Assembly (NCBI GenBank): GCA_043812155.1
Contig: JBDRMK010000011.1
Span: forward strand, 16,111 to 80,110
DNA from: Patescibacteria group bacterium
Lineage (GTDB): Bacteria > Patescibacteriota > Patescibacteriia > JAXHNJ01
DNA length: 64,000 nt
Reading direction: 5' to 3'
Part shown: piece by piece, positions 29,498 to 38,423 of the stretch
How the letters are laid out: each line of letters opens with the position of its first letter
Position numbering within the stretch: the stretch's first letter is position 1
Translations under genes and position numbers: made by a program
Notes under the pieces: model-generated
What the model was told of the DNA's origin: nothing
The model's input: only the letters and a program-made list of their open reading frames with translations
Databases searched by the model: none

Positions 29498-31363
29498 TCA
29501 AAATTTATATACGTAAATTGAGTAGCCAATTCTGGCTATGGGGGTGTAGTATTTCAACCAGTTATAGTTTAAAGTGGGGTCAAAAAGGACATTGGCGCTG
29601 ATGACATAGTAGCCTTTTTTTATTCCCGATTCTTCAATCTCTTGGTTGTTGGGCATTCTTAACTCGCCTTTAAGATAATAATGAGTGACCAGGCTCCTAA
29701 AAATATAGGAATAAAAATTGTCAATTTTATTTTTTTCCAGAAAATATTTTAAACGCTTAACATCCTGACTCCAGTCTAAATTTGAATCGGAAAGGATGTT
29801 ATGTCCATTGCTTGATCCTCCGACGGCTTCATTGAAATAGGAAAGATAATAGGGAAAATTATAAAAGCAAATTAATAAATATGTGGTGCCAACAATAACC
29901 GGGATAAAAACATATATTATATTTATCCGGGACTTTTTAAAGATATAATTGAAAGTCCAGGCGGAAATCATGAAAACAAAAGGGTAAATGGGAAATATGT
30001 GACGAACGCCCAGATTAATGTGACTGGTCAGACTCCAAAAAAAGTAGATAAAGGGCGGTACTGAAATAACAAAATAATCAAACGGTATTCCCTCAAAAGT
30101 CTTTCTGAATGATTTTAGACGCCATATTTTTTTTATTAGATAAAATAAAATGAGAAAAATACCGATAAAAAATAAAATAAGGGTGGGAAGAGGCGTTTTT
30201 ACCAGGAAAGCGACAATAAAGTAATACCACCAGCCCTGGTTGCTGGCTTTACCCAAAAGAAAAGAACCATGGCCAAAAGCGTTATGACTGAGAACGCTGA
30301 ATAAGCCCCGCCAATAGGTGTAAGCAGGTACCGGAATTTTTTCCGCAAAACGATAGAGAATTTTCCCGATTGGTTGGTCAGGGCCGCCGTATTTTATCAA
30401 GGGTCGCGTAAAAAATGGTTGGTCTTTTTCCGCGCCGTCTTTAATTACTTCTTCTCTTTCCTGATATAGCCTGACTACCCGAGGATCATCTAACGGTTTT
30501 TTGAATTCAAAAGCGTAAAAAATAAGAGTCAAACACGCCGTTACTAGGAAGTAGACTAGAATAACTTTAAATATTTTCTTAAAGCTTAATTGATTGGCGG
30601 GTCGGCCAAAAAAACGATAAAAGATATATAAAATTAATAAGATAGGTATCAGGATGGCGGCGGAGTATTTGACTAACATGGCGAGAGCGAAAGAAAAAGC
30701 GGCCAAAAACAGGTTTTTTCCGTTTGGTTTTTTTATATAATGTCCGAAATAGTATATACTTAAAAAGAAGAACAAAGTGAGCGGCACATCCGTGGTAACG
30801 AGATGGCTATGAGCGAGGAAATTCGGCGATAAGGCGAATAAAAAAAGAGCAAAAATCCCCGGCCAAGGCCGGCCAAGCAATTCTTTCACCCATTTATAAA
30901 TATAGTAGCCCAGGATTATTCCCAAGATGATGGGAAAAAGTCTGGCCAAGAATATGATTGAATCCGCCGGTTTTGTGTTATGATATAGGAATTGACGGCC
31001 GAAGTCCCATTCGTTATAATTGGCCCAAGATTGATCATTTATGGGAAGATCAAGTCCGTAAAAAAGAAGAGGCACGGCGGACAGAAGCTTGAATAATGGG
31101 GGATGCTCGGGGTTTATCCTAAAGTCGCCGGTTAGCCAGTAGCTGTAGCCGGCCGAGATATGCACGCCTTCATCGATGGTTTGAGAGTCAGTCGCGGCTA
31201 AATACAGATTTATACCCAGAAAAAACGCCAACAATACTATCACGCAAATAATTTCTAATTTTTTTGACATGTCGATTTTGGAAAAATTAAAAAACTTTAA
31301 TAGAGGGGTTATTTTTAAGAATAAGCATTTTCTCTGGAATTTAGTCGTGAGCGTTTTTTTCAA
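29498..31363 (-). CDS. GT-C fold glycosyltransferase (PMT/ArnT-like, family 39-like), polytopic membrane protein; true start may be Met at 31270
   Basis: >10 TM helices, first periplasmic loop with ..DEGVH.. and ..NPEHPPLFK.. Confidence 0.5.
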   Translation of the reverse strand: MKKTLTTKFQRKCLFLKITPLLKFFNFSKIDMSKKLEIICVIVLLAFFLGINLYLAATDSQTIDEGVHISAGYSYWLTGDFRINPEHPPLFKLLSAVPLLFYGLDLPINDQSWANYNEWDFGRQFLYHNTKPADSIIFLARLFPIILGIILGYYIYKWVKELLGRPWPGIFALFLFALSPNFLAHSHLVTTDVPLTLFFFLSIYYFGHYIKKPNGKNLFLAAFSFALAMLVKYSAAILIPILLILYIFYRFFGRPANQLSFKKIFKVILVYFLVTACLTLIFYAFEFKKPLDDPRVVRLYQEREEVIKDGAEKDQPFFTRPLIKYGGPDQPIGKILYRFAEKIPVPAYTYWRGLFSVLSHNAFGHGSFLLGKASNQGWWYYFIVAFLVKTPLPTLILFFIGIFLILFYLIKKIWRLKSFRKTFEGIPFDYFVISVPPFIYFFWSLTSHINLGVRHIFPIYPFVFMISAWTFNYIFKKSRINIIYVFIPVIVGTTYLLICFYNFPYYLSYFNEAVGGSSNGHNILSDSNLDWSQDVKRLKYFLEKNKIDNFYSYIFRSLVTHYYLKGELRMPNNQEIEESGIKKGYYVISANVLFDPTLNYNWLKYYTPIARIGYSIYVYKF

Positions 31364-31643
31364 TATCGCGATTTGGGTCTTTCTCTATATAAATATCAAG
31401 CCGCAAAATGATCCGATTATCCTTCATTATAACATTTATTTCGGCATCGACCTAATAGGTTTGTGGTATAAAATTTACCTTATGCCGATTTTTGGTTTAT
31501 CTTGTCTCTTTATTAATTTTCTTCTTTCCGTTATAATTTATAACAAGGAAAAGCTCCTGAGCTACTTTTTTATATATATTTCAAGTTTAATCCAGATTAT
31601 TCTGCTGACAGCTTCAGTATTAATAATATTTCAGAATTTATAA
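31269..31643 (+). CDS. hypothetical small membrane protein (doubtful; 5' end overlaps divergent GT-C ORF)
   Basis: 3 hydrophobic helices; no motif. Confidence 0.25.
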   Translation: MSILEKLKNFNRGVIFKNKHFLWNLVVSVFFNIAIWVFLYINIKPQNDPIILHYNIYFGIDLIGLWYKIYLMPIFGLSCLFINFLLSVIIYNKEKLLSYFFIYISSLIQIILLTASVLIIFQNL

Positions 31644-31648
31644 TCTAA

Positions 31649-32695
31649 ATGCTAGATTCAAATTTTAACATCATAAAAATTTTCGTCCTGACCACGGTAT
31701 CTTTTGTCGTCACTGTTCTTTGGACGCCTCTTCTGACTCATTACCTTTATAAATACAAACTGGGCAAGCAAATCAGAAATGAAGAGGGGACGCCCATTTA
31801 TGCCAAGATTCACGCCGCTAAATCAGGCACTCCTACTATGGGCGGTTTGCTTATCTGGCTGACCACTTTGTTCTTAATTTTCTTTTTTTGGTTTCTTTCA
31901 CGAATCACGAATATTGAATTTATTGATAAACTGAATTTTCTTTCCCGGCCGCAGACTTTTTTGCCGCTAGTTTCGTTGGTCGCGGCCGCCTTTATCGGTT
32001 TGATTGACGATATTATTGATGTGAAAAGCAAAAATGGCCGGGGCGGCATGCGGGTCAGGGAAAGATTGGTTATTTTTACGATAATTGCCGCGGTCGGCGC
32101 GCTTTGGTTTTATTTTAAATTGGATTGGACGACGATCCATATTCCCTTTGTCGGCAATTTTGATATCGGCGCCTGGTATATTCCGATCTTTATTTTTATT
32201 ATCGTTTCCACCGCTTTTTCCGTGAATGAAGCGGACGGCCTGGATGGCTTGGCGGGCGGCATATTATTAGCCTCTTTTGTCGCTTTTGGCGCCATTGCCT
32301 TGTCTCAAGGCCGGGTTGAACTGGCCTCTTTTTGCGGGGTGATCGCTGGCGCTTTGTTTGCTTTTTTATGGTTTAATATCCCGCCGGCCAGATTTTTCAT
32401 GGGTGATACCGGATCCATGTCTTTAGGCGTTACTTTGGGAATTGTGGCGATGCTGACCAATACGGCTTTGCTCTTGCCGATTATTTCTTTTTTACTGGTC
32501 GTGGAATCTTTATCCGTGATCTTACAGATTTTGTCCAAAAAAATCCGAAAGAAGAAAATTTTTCTTTCCGCCCCCATCCATCATCATCTTGAAGCGATCG
32601 GCTGGCCGGAAGGCAAGATCGTGATGCGGTTCTGGATTATTTCCGCGGTTACGGCCGTGATAGGAATTGTATTATATTTAGTGGATAAGGCTTAG
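31649..32695 (+). CDS. mraY: phospho-N-acetylmuramoyl-pentapeptide transferase
   Basis: ..HAAKSGTPTMGG.., ..NEADGLDGLAGG.., ..FMGDTGSMSLG.. Confidence 0.9.
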   Translation: MLDSNFNIIKIFVLTTVSFVVTVLWTPLLTHYLYKYKLGKQIRNEEGTPIYAKIHAAKSGTPTMGGLLIWLTTLFLIFFFWFLSRITNIEFIDKLNFLSRPQTFLPLVSLVAAAFIGLIDDIIDVKSKNGRGGMRVRERLVIFTIIAAVGALWFYFKLDWTTIHIPFVGNFDIGAWYIPIFIFIIVSTAFSVNEADGLDGLAGGILLASFVAFGAIALSQGRVELASFCGVIAGALFAFLWFNIPPARFFMGDTGSMSLGVTLGIVAMLTNTALLLPIISFLLVVESLSVILQILSKKIRKKKIFLSAPIHHHLEAIGWPEGKIVMRFWIISAVTAVIGIVLYLVDKA

Positions 32696-32723
32696 GCGTA
32701 ATTATTTTTAATTGATATAAAAT

Positions 32724-32978
32724 ATGAAGAAATTAATTATCTCGCAATTTATTTTACTGCTTGCTGGCGTGATTTTTGCCTGGATCAATTTCACAATTGA
32801 GTTGGTAGATTGGCTAAATAAAAGAGTCTGTACCACCGGCTGCAGCGTAGGATTGAAAAACCCCTTTCTTACCCCCTGTTTTTATGGTGCTATCTGTTTT
32901 GCCGTCGCTTTTGTCTTGAGCGCCGTAATTTTGAAAAAATTTCTTAAAGCGAATAAGGAAACACAGAAGCCTGTTTAA
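32724..32978 (+). CDS. small two-TM membrane protein with conserved cysteines
   Basis: 84 aa, CTTGCS..PCFYGAIC between hydrophobic helices. Confidence 0.35.
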   Translation: MKKLIISQFILLLAGVIFAWINFTIELVDWLNKRVCTTGCSVGLKNPFLTPCFYGAICFAVAFVLSAVILKKFLKANKETQKPV

Positions 32979-33009
32979 GGAATAAATACATTTAAGAAGG
33001 GCCGTTCAA

Positions 33010-33037
33010 AAATAGAGCGGCTCTTTTTTAATAAAAA
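33010..33037. terminator. hairpin GAGCGGCTC followed by T6
   Basis: seen in sequence. Confidence 0.35.
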
Positions 33038-33093
33038 AATGAGCGAACCTTGGAAAGGTCCGCTCGGGAAAGATCGAAAACGATAGGTAGGCG

Positions 33094-33384
33094 CTATCTC
33101 AGGAAGATGACGCGATACAGGTACCCATCCGGTGGCTTCTGGTGAAGCGTGAAATAAACGGCTTTTACCGTGTCTTTCAGCTCCGAGGGGATGTGCCGTT
33201 TGATTTCGGCCATCGTCAAGTTGCGCGGTACGGTAATATTGATAGTTCTCAGCGCTGTCAGATCGTATCTGGCAGCCGGCTTTTTCGGTTTACCCGTGGC
33301 GCCTACTTCAAACCAGTAGCCGTCGGAGTTTTCCGAAACCGGTCCTTGCCTGCCTATAAGAAAAGGGGCGACTCTGATCAGCAT
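33094..33384 (-). CDS. hypothetical protein in GC-rich island 1 (strong SD GAGGAG 5 nt upstream)
   Basis: 96-aa ORF, local GC ~50% vs ~40% background, canonical SD unlike native genes. Confidence 0.4.
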   Translation of the reverse strand: MLIRVAPFLIGRQGPVSENSDGYWFEVGATGKPKKPAARYDLTALRTINITVPRNLTMAEIKRHIPSELKDTVKAVYFTLHQKPPDGYLYRVIFLR

Positions 33385-33540
33385 AGCTACTCCTCTCTGT
33401 TTGAGAAACTAATACCTATCTCACGCTTGCCAAATTCTTGATTTATTATATTATCACTTATTATTGATTTGTCAACACCGTTAAAAATTATATATATATT
33501 AACAACAAAAATGTTTATGCAAGCCTTATTTTTATTGCGG

Positions 33541-33569
33541 TTGACAAAAACGCGTGTATGGCTTAAATT
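33541..33569 (+). promoter_or_regulatory. sigma70-like promoter TTGACA-17-TAAATT for island gene 33621
   Basis: consensus -35, 17-nt spacer. Confidence 0.4.
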
Positions 33570-33620
33570 ATTTATTATAAATGAGACGTAATTCGTTCTT
33601 TTTTACCAGGAGGTCGGCAG

Positions 33621-34052
33621 ATGAAGATAATATTTGTCATTGCCTTGAGCGTTCTTTTCGTGTTTGCGATGGCCGTTCCGGTTTTGGCGCAGGATATCAA
33701 TTCTCCTGATGTTCGTCAGGCGATTATAAAGCGTCTTTTGAATGACGGTTTTTATCTGGGGAATCCGGGTTTTTCCGACGGTTTGCGGTATATCGAATAT
33801 TTGCCGGATAATCGAATGATTATCTGGGGGTTAGGTGATTTTCGTTACAGCGCGGATAAATCAATTCTTCCTTTGGATGAGCTCACTCCGACCTTTATTG
33901 ATTTATCAGACCCGGCCCTGCGCGTGACCGTGGGCAATGACAACCGTTATCTCGGCCAGCTGATGGATTCTTGCCTGGCCACCGGATATTCGGAAAAATA
34001 CCTGAAAGGTGACACTTTTTGGCAACTTGAAGGCCAGCGCAAAAAGCCGTAA
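33621..34052 (+). CDS. secreted hypothetical protein (signal peptide MKIIFVIALSVLFVFAMAVPVLAQD) in GC-rich island 1
   Basis: SD AGGAGG 8 nt upstream, signal peptide, elevated GC. Confidence 0.5.
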   Translation: MKIIFVIALSVLFVFAMAVPVLAQDINSPDVRQAIIKRLLNDGFYLGNPGFSDGLRYIEYLPDNRMIIWGLGDFRYSADKSILPLDELTPTFIDLSDPALRVTVGNDNRYLGQLMDSCLATGYSEKYLKGDTFWQLEGQRKKP

Positions 34053-34078
34053 TCACGGCCAGACAAAGTGATATCATA

Positions 34079-34107
34079 AGCCCTGTCGTCTGATGGGGCT
34101 TTTTTTA
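34079..34107 (+). terminator. rho-independent terminator AGCCCtgtcgtctgatGGGGCTTTTTTT
   Basis: stem plus T7. Confidence 0.6.
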
Positions 34108-34177
34108 ATCTTGACCTTGCCCTTCGCGAAGAGTGAAGTTGGAAAAAACCGGATTTTTTGTTATAATAACGTTAATT

Positions 34178-35569
34178 ATGTTAGATTTTCATAACCTAAA
34201 AAACAAAAAAGTCCTGGTCATGGGTCTGGGCCTGCACGGCGGGGGCGTTTCCGTGGTAAAATGGCTGGTTAAACAGGGGGCGAAAGTCACGGCCACGGAT
34301 TTAAAAACGAAAAAAGACCTTCTACCGTCTTTAGCCAAACTAAAGGCTTTTAAGGTAAAATATGTATTAGGCAGACATAATGTAGAAGATTTTAAAAAGG
34401 CGGATTTAATAATTCAAAATCCCGGCGTGCCGGCTGACTCGAAATATTTAACTATCGCGAAAAAGGCGGGCGTGCCCATTGAAAATGAGGCGACTCTTTT
34501 CTTCAGGCTTTGCCCGGCCCGCATATTGGCTGTTTCCGGCACCAAAGGCAAAAGTTCTTTGGTTTCTTTGCTTTTTCATGTTCTTAAAGGAAAATATAAA
34601 GATACGGTCATGGCCGGCAATATCCGCGACGTTCTGATGCTTGATGTGTTGCCAAAAATAAAAAAGACGACCAAGGTTATTCTTGAATTATCATCTTTTC
34701 AGCTGGAAGGCCTTGAACATTTAAAAAAAAGTCCGCATGCCGCTTTTTTTACCAACATCATGCGGGATCACCTGAACCGCTATGGAACGATGAATAAGTA
34801 TATTGACGCTAAATTAAATCTTATTAGATTTCAAAATAAAAACGATTTTGCCATATTAAACGCCGATAATGTCTATACCCGTCATTTTAACAAAAATACC
34901 AAGGCTAAGATTTTTTGGTTTTCTTTAAAGAAGAAAATAAAACAAGGCGCTTATATAGAAAATAATTGGGCGATTTTCACGGGTGGTAAGAAAAAAGAAA
35001 AGATTTTTTCGTTTGATAAAATTCACCTAGCGGCGGATTACCAGCGGGAACAGTTTCTGGCGGCGGCCATCGCCGGTAAATTGTTCGGCTTGTCAAATAA
35101 AATGATTTATAAAGGCTTAACTAGTTACAAGGGTTTGCACGATCGTTTAGAGTTTTTGGGGGAAATTAAAGGAATCAAGTATTTTAATGATACGGCCGCC
35201 ACCATGCCGGACGCGGCGATTTCCGCCTTAAAAGCATTAGGAAATTTAAAACAGAAAAATATCGTGCTGTTGGCCGGCGGGGCGAATAAGAATTTGATTT
35301 TTCAGGAATTTTGTCGGCTTATTCCCAAATATTGTAAAGGCGTCGTTTTATTTAAAGGTAACGCCAGCGATATTATATCGAGAAAATTAGGACAAAAAGT
35401 AAAGTGGAAAATCGTCAGGAGTATGAAAGAAGCGGTCGGTTTAGCCGAAAAGCGAGCGGCAAAAGGCGATATTATATTGCTTTCACCCGGAGCGGCCAGT
35501 TTTGGCCTATTCAAGCATGAGTTTGACCGCGGCGAGCAGTTTAAAAAATGCGTAAATTTTAAAAAATGA
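34178..35569 (+). CDS. murD: UDP-N-acetylmuramoylalanine--D-glutamate ligase (start taken at MLDFHNLKNKKVLVMGLG)
   Basis: ..KVLVMGLGLHGGG.. N-terminus, ..AVSGTKGKSS.. P-loop, Mur ligase C-domain. Confidence 0.85.
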   Translation: MLDFHNLKNKKVLVMGLGLHGGGVSVVKWLVKQGAKVTATDLKTKKDLLPSLAKLKAFKVKYVLGRHNVEDFKKADLIIQNPGVPADSKYLTIAKKAGVPIENEATLFFRLCPARILAVSGTKGKSSLVSLLFHVLKGKYKDTVMAGNIRDVLMLDVLPKIKKTTKVILELSSFQLEGLEHLKKSPHAAFFTNIMRDHLNRYGTMNKYIDAKLNLIRFQNKNDFAILNADNVYTRHFNKNTKAKIFWFSLKKKIKQGAYIENNWAIFTGGKKKEKIFSFDKIHLAADYQREQFLAAAIAGKLFGLSNKMIYKGLTSYKGLHDRLEFLGEIKGIKYFNDTAATMPDAAISALKALGNLKQKNIVLLAGGANKNLIFQEFCRLIPKYCKGVVLFKGNASDIISRKLGQKVKWKIVRSMKEAVGLAEKRAAKGDIILLSPGAASFGLFKHEFDRGEQFKKCVNFKK

Positions 35570-36687
35570 GGTATAAAGGCGGACACCAGCCGGATTATTT
35601 TTTGATCACTATCATCGCTCTGATCGTGATTTTCGGCTTGGTCATGCTTTCTTCGGCCAGTTCGGTCACTGCTTTCCAGAAATTCAGCGACGCCAATTAT
35701 TATCTGAAAAAACAGCTGATCAGTTTTGTCATCGGTTTATTCGCGTTCTTTTTCATGTCGAAGATTGATTACCGCTATTGGAAAAAATTCGCCTTTCCTC
35801 TGATGATTGTCACCATCATCTTGTTAATTTCAGTATTTATCCCTGGCATCGGCACCGGACTCTTAGGGGCCAAGCGCTGGGTCACTTTAGGCCCGATTTT
35901 TTTTCAACCATCTGAGATCGTCAAGGTGACATTTCTGCTTTATTTGGCCACCTGGCTGGAAAAAAGAGGGGAAGGGATAAAAGACGTTTCCACGGGTTTT
36001 ATGCCCTTTGCCATTATCTTGGTCATTATTACGATTCTTGTCATGTCTCAGCCTGATCTCGGGACAATGCTGGTTATCGCGATTATCGCTGTCAGCTCGT
36101 ATCTAGTGGCCGGTGCACCCTTGTTGCATATTTTTTGGCTGGGTTTGGGCGCGGCCGGCACCATCGCTTTGCTGATCAAAATCGCTCCTTATCGGATGCA
36201 GCGATTCACCGTTTTTTTAAACCCGGAATTAGATCCTCAGGGCATTGGCTATCATATTAACCAGGCCCTTTTGGCGATCGGCTCCGGCGGTCTTTTAGGT
36301 TTGGGATTGGGTCATTCCCGGCAAAAATTCAATTATTTGCCCCAAGCCTCTTCCGACTCTATTTTTGCCATCATTGCTGAAGAGCTGGGTTTCATATTTG
36401 TCGTTATTCTGATCGGTTTATTTTTAGTTTTTATGTTCCGCGGCTTAAAGATCGCCCGCAGCGCCCCGGATCACTATGGCAAGATCCTGGCCGCCGGTAT
36501 TACCGCCTGGTTTACTTTTCAAGCCTTCATCAATATCGGCGCCATGATCAATGTTTTACCTTTAACCGGCATTCCTTTGCCTTTTATCAGCGCCGGCGGC
36601 ACTGGTTTGGTGGTCTCTTTGGCCGCCATCGGCATTTTAGTCAATATTTCCCGGCAGACGAAAGAAGAGAGAAGTTTTTGGAGATAA
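35566..36687 (+). CDS. ftsW: SEDS-family cell division protein FtsW
   Basis: 10 TM helices, SEDS motifs; position between murD and murG; ATGA overlap with murD. Confidence 0.8.
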   Translation: MRYKGGHQPDYFLITIIALIVIFGLVMLSSASSVTAFQKFSDANYYLKKQLISFVIGLFAFFFMSKIDYRYWKKFAFPLMIVTIILLISVFIPGIGTGLLGAKRWVTLGPIFFQPSEIVKVTFLLYLATWLEKRGEGIKDVSTGFMPFAIILVIITILVMSQPDLGTMLVIAIIAVSSYLVAGAPLLHIFWLGLGAAGTIALLIKIAPYRMQRFTVFLNPELDPQGIGYHINQALLAIGSGGLLGLGLGHSRQKFNYLPQASSDSIFAIIAEELGFIFVVILIGLFLVFMFRGLKIARSAPDHYGKILAAGITAWFTFQAFINIGAMINVLPLTGIPLPFISAGGTGLVVSLAAIGILVNISRQTKEERSFWR

Positions 36688-36699
36688 CGCCTTTATTAT

Positions 36700-36890
36700 A
36701 AATCCTCCGCCAGAGGCGGATCCGCCTTGGGCGGAGAAATCCTAAATTCTAAACAATATCTAATGTTCCAAATCACAAATATATTTTTATAGAAACGTTT
36801 AGAGTTTGGAAAATTCGAATTTTGAATTTGTTTTGGATTTTGTGCTTTGTGCTTTGAATTTATTATTGTTTATACGATAAAGTTTATAAG
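36700..36890 (+). repeat. second copy of AT-rich element with core CAGAGGCGGATCCGCCTTGGGCGGAGAA and TGTGCTTT tandem words
   Basis: core 36711-36738 identical to 11377-11404. Confidence 0.45.
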
Positions 36891-36899
36891 TATTAATTC

Positions 36900-37982
36900 A
36901 TGAGCAACAAATTAAAAATAGTCCTAACAGGCGGCGGCACGGCCGGTTCGGTCATGCCTCTCCTTGCTATCTATGAGGGTTTTAAAAACAGAAATATCCC
37001 GGCGGAGTTTTTATTCGTGGGAACGGAAAAGGGAATGGAAAAAGAATTAGTGAAGACTTATGACATTAATTTTAAAAGTATTTCCGCCGGCAAGCTAAGG
37101 CGGTATTTATCTTTGAAAAATATAACGGATGCCTTAAAAGTAGCGGAAGGTTTTTTTGCCGCCAGGAACATATTAAAACAATTTAAGCCGCAGGCGGTCG
37201 TTTCCGCCGGCGGCTTCGTGGCCGTGCCGGTGATCTGGGCCGCCTATTCCTTAAAGATACCTTGCCTTATCCATCAGCAGGATTTTGAAAAAGGTTTGGC
37301 CAATAAATTGACCCAAAAACCGGCGACTAAGATTACCGTCACTTTTGAAAAATCTTTGCTGGAATTCCCTCGAAAGAAAGTTGTCTTAATCGGTAATCCA
37401 GTTCGACCGGAAATTTTAAGAGGTATCAAGGAAAAGGCTATTAAAATTTTCAGTCTGAAAAAAAATCTGCCTACCCTTTTAATTTTAGGCGGCGGCACCG
37501 GCGCTTTAAAAATCAATCAAGAAATAAATAAAATATTAATTGATTTAGTCGGTTTTTGCCAGATTATCCATTTAACCGGTCAAGGAAAGGGAGTGACGGA
37601 CTTTGAGCATGAAAATTATCATCCTTACGAATTACTGACCGATAAAATGAAGGAAGCATTAGCCGTCGCCGATCTGGTCATTTCCCGGGCCGGGCTTTCC
37701 ACCTTGACGGAATTAGCCGCGTTAGCCAAGCCGGCGATTATTATTCCTATTTTTAAATCGCACCAGGAAAAAAATGCCGCCTATTTTGAAAAAGAACACG
37801 CTGTTTTAGTCATCCGCGAGAATATTCTGCATCACGAGCTTTTATTAACGACTATCAAAGGATTATTATCAAATCCAAATAAATTAAATGAATTGGGGCA
37901 GAATATTAAGAAATTAGACCGGCCTGAAGCTTTGGATAAAATTATTGAAATAATATTAGAAATAAAAAAGCCACCATTTTAG
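36900..37982 (+). CDS. murG: undecaprenyldiphospho-muramoylpentapeptide beta-N-acetylglucosaminyltransferase
   Basis: ..KIVLTGGGTAGSVMP.. GT28 N-terminus, C-terminal ..GGGTGAL.. Confidence 0.85.
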   Translation: MSNKLKIVLTGGGTAGSVMPLLAIYEGFKNRNIPAEFLFVGTEKGMEKELVKTYDINFKSISAGKLRRYLSLKNITDALKVAEGFFAARNILKQFKPQAVVSAGGFVAVPVIWAAYSLKIPCLIHQQDFEKGLANKLTQKPATKITVTFEKSLLEFPRKKVVLIGNPVRPEILRGIKEKAIKIFSLKKNLPTLLILGGGTGALKINQEINKILIDLVGFCQIIHLTGQGKGVTDFEHENYHPYELLTDKMKEALAVADLVISRAGLSTLTELAALAKPAIIIPIFKSHQEKNAAYFEKEHAVLVIRENILHHELLLTTIKGLLSNPNKLNELGQNIKKLDRPEALDKIIEIILEIKKPPF

Positions 37983-37992
37983 GGGTGGCTAT
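37964..37992 (-). terminator. hairpin GCCACC..GGTGGC with U-run on minus strand, downstream of 38008-38343 gene
   Basis: seen in sequence. Confidence 0.4.
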
Positions 37993-38007
37993 GGCTTGTT
38001 TTGGTTC

Positions 38008-38343
38008 TTAGGCCAAAAATATCACCCAGGGAACGAGTAGTCCCAGAAGAAAACAGGTAACAAATCTTGGCCATGATCTTGAAATGGCGGAGAAAAAATG
38101 TTCCTGCAGCAGGTAGTAAATAACCAGAGCCGCGCATAGGGAAAAAGTTGGCAATAATGCCACGCTCAGGTTATCATTGGAAAATGCCTCCAGGAGTGGC
38201 TTATAAAGAAAGCGACGCATAATGATTATGCTTATGGCCGTTCCCGCTATGATCATAAGCCAATGGCAAGAAAGTCTGTACACTATGTTTTCCCCGACAT
38301 AGATAACAACTAAAAGCAGAAATATGGGGATAACGATTGGCAT
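38008..38343 (-). CDS. hypothetical small membrane protein
   Basis: 111 aa, 3 hydrophobic helices. Confidence 0.35.
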   Translation of the reverse strand: MPIVIPIFLLLVVIYVGENIVYRLSCHWLMIIAGTAISIIIMRRFLYKPLLEAFSNDNLSVALLPTFSLCAALVIYYLLQEHFFSAISRSWPRFVTCFLLGLLVPWVIFLA

Positions 38344-38423
38344 AATTCTCTTCCTCCCTTGCTTATGGTGTAAAAGATCAAATATTTAATTAACAGCTTA
38401 ATATAGTATTATATATAAGTCAA

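Noticed and set aside
33142-33441. 99-aa plus-strand ORF overlapping the island-1 minus-strand gene
   Set aside because: Arg-rich, low-complexity translation typical of the antisense frame of a GC-rich gene. The minus-strand ORF has a properly spaced GAGGAG SD and better amino-acid composition.
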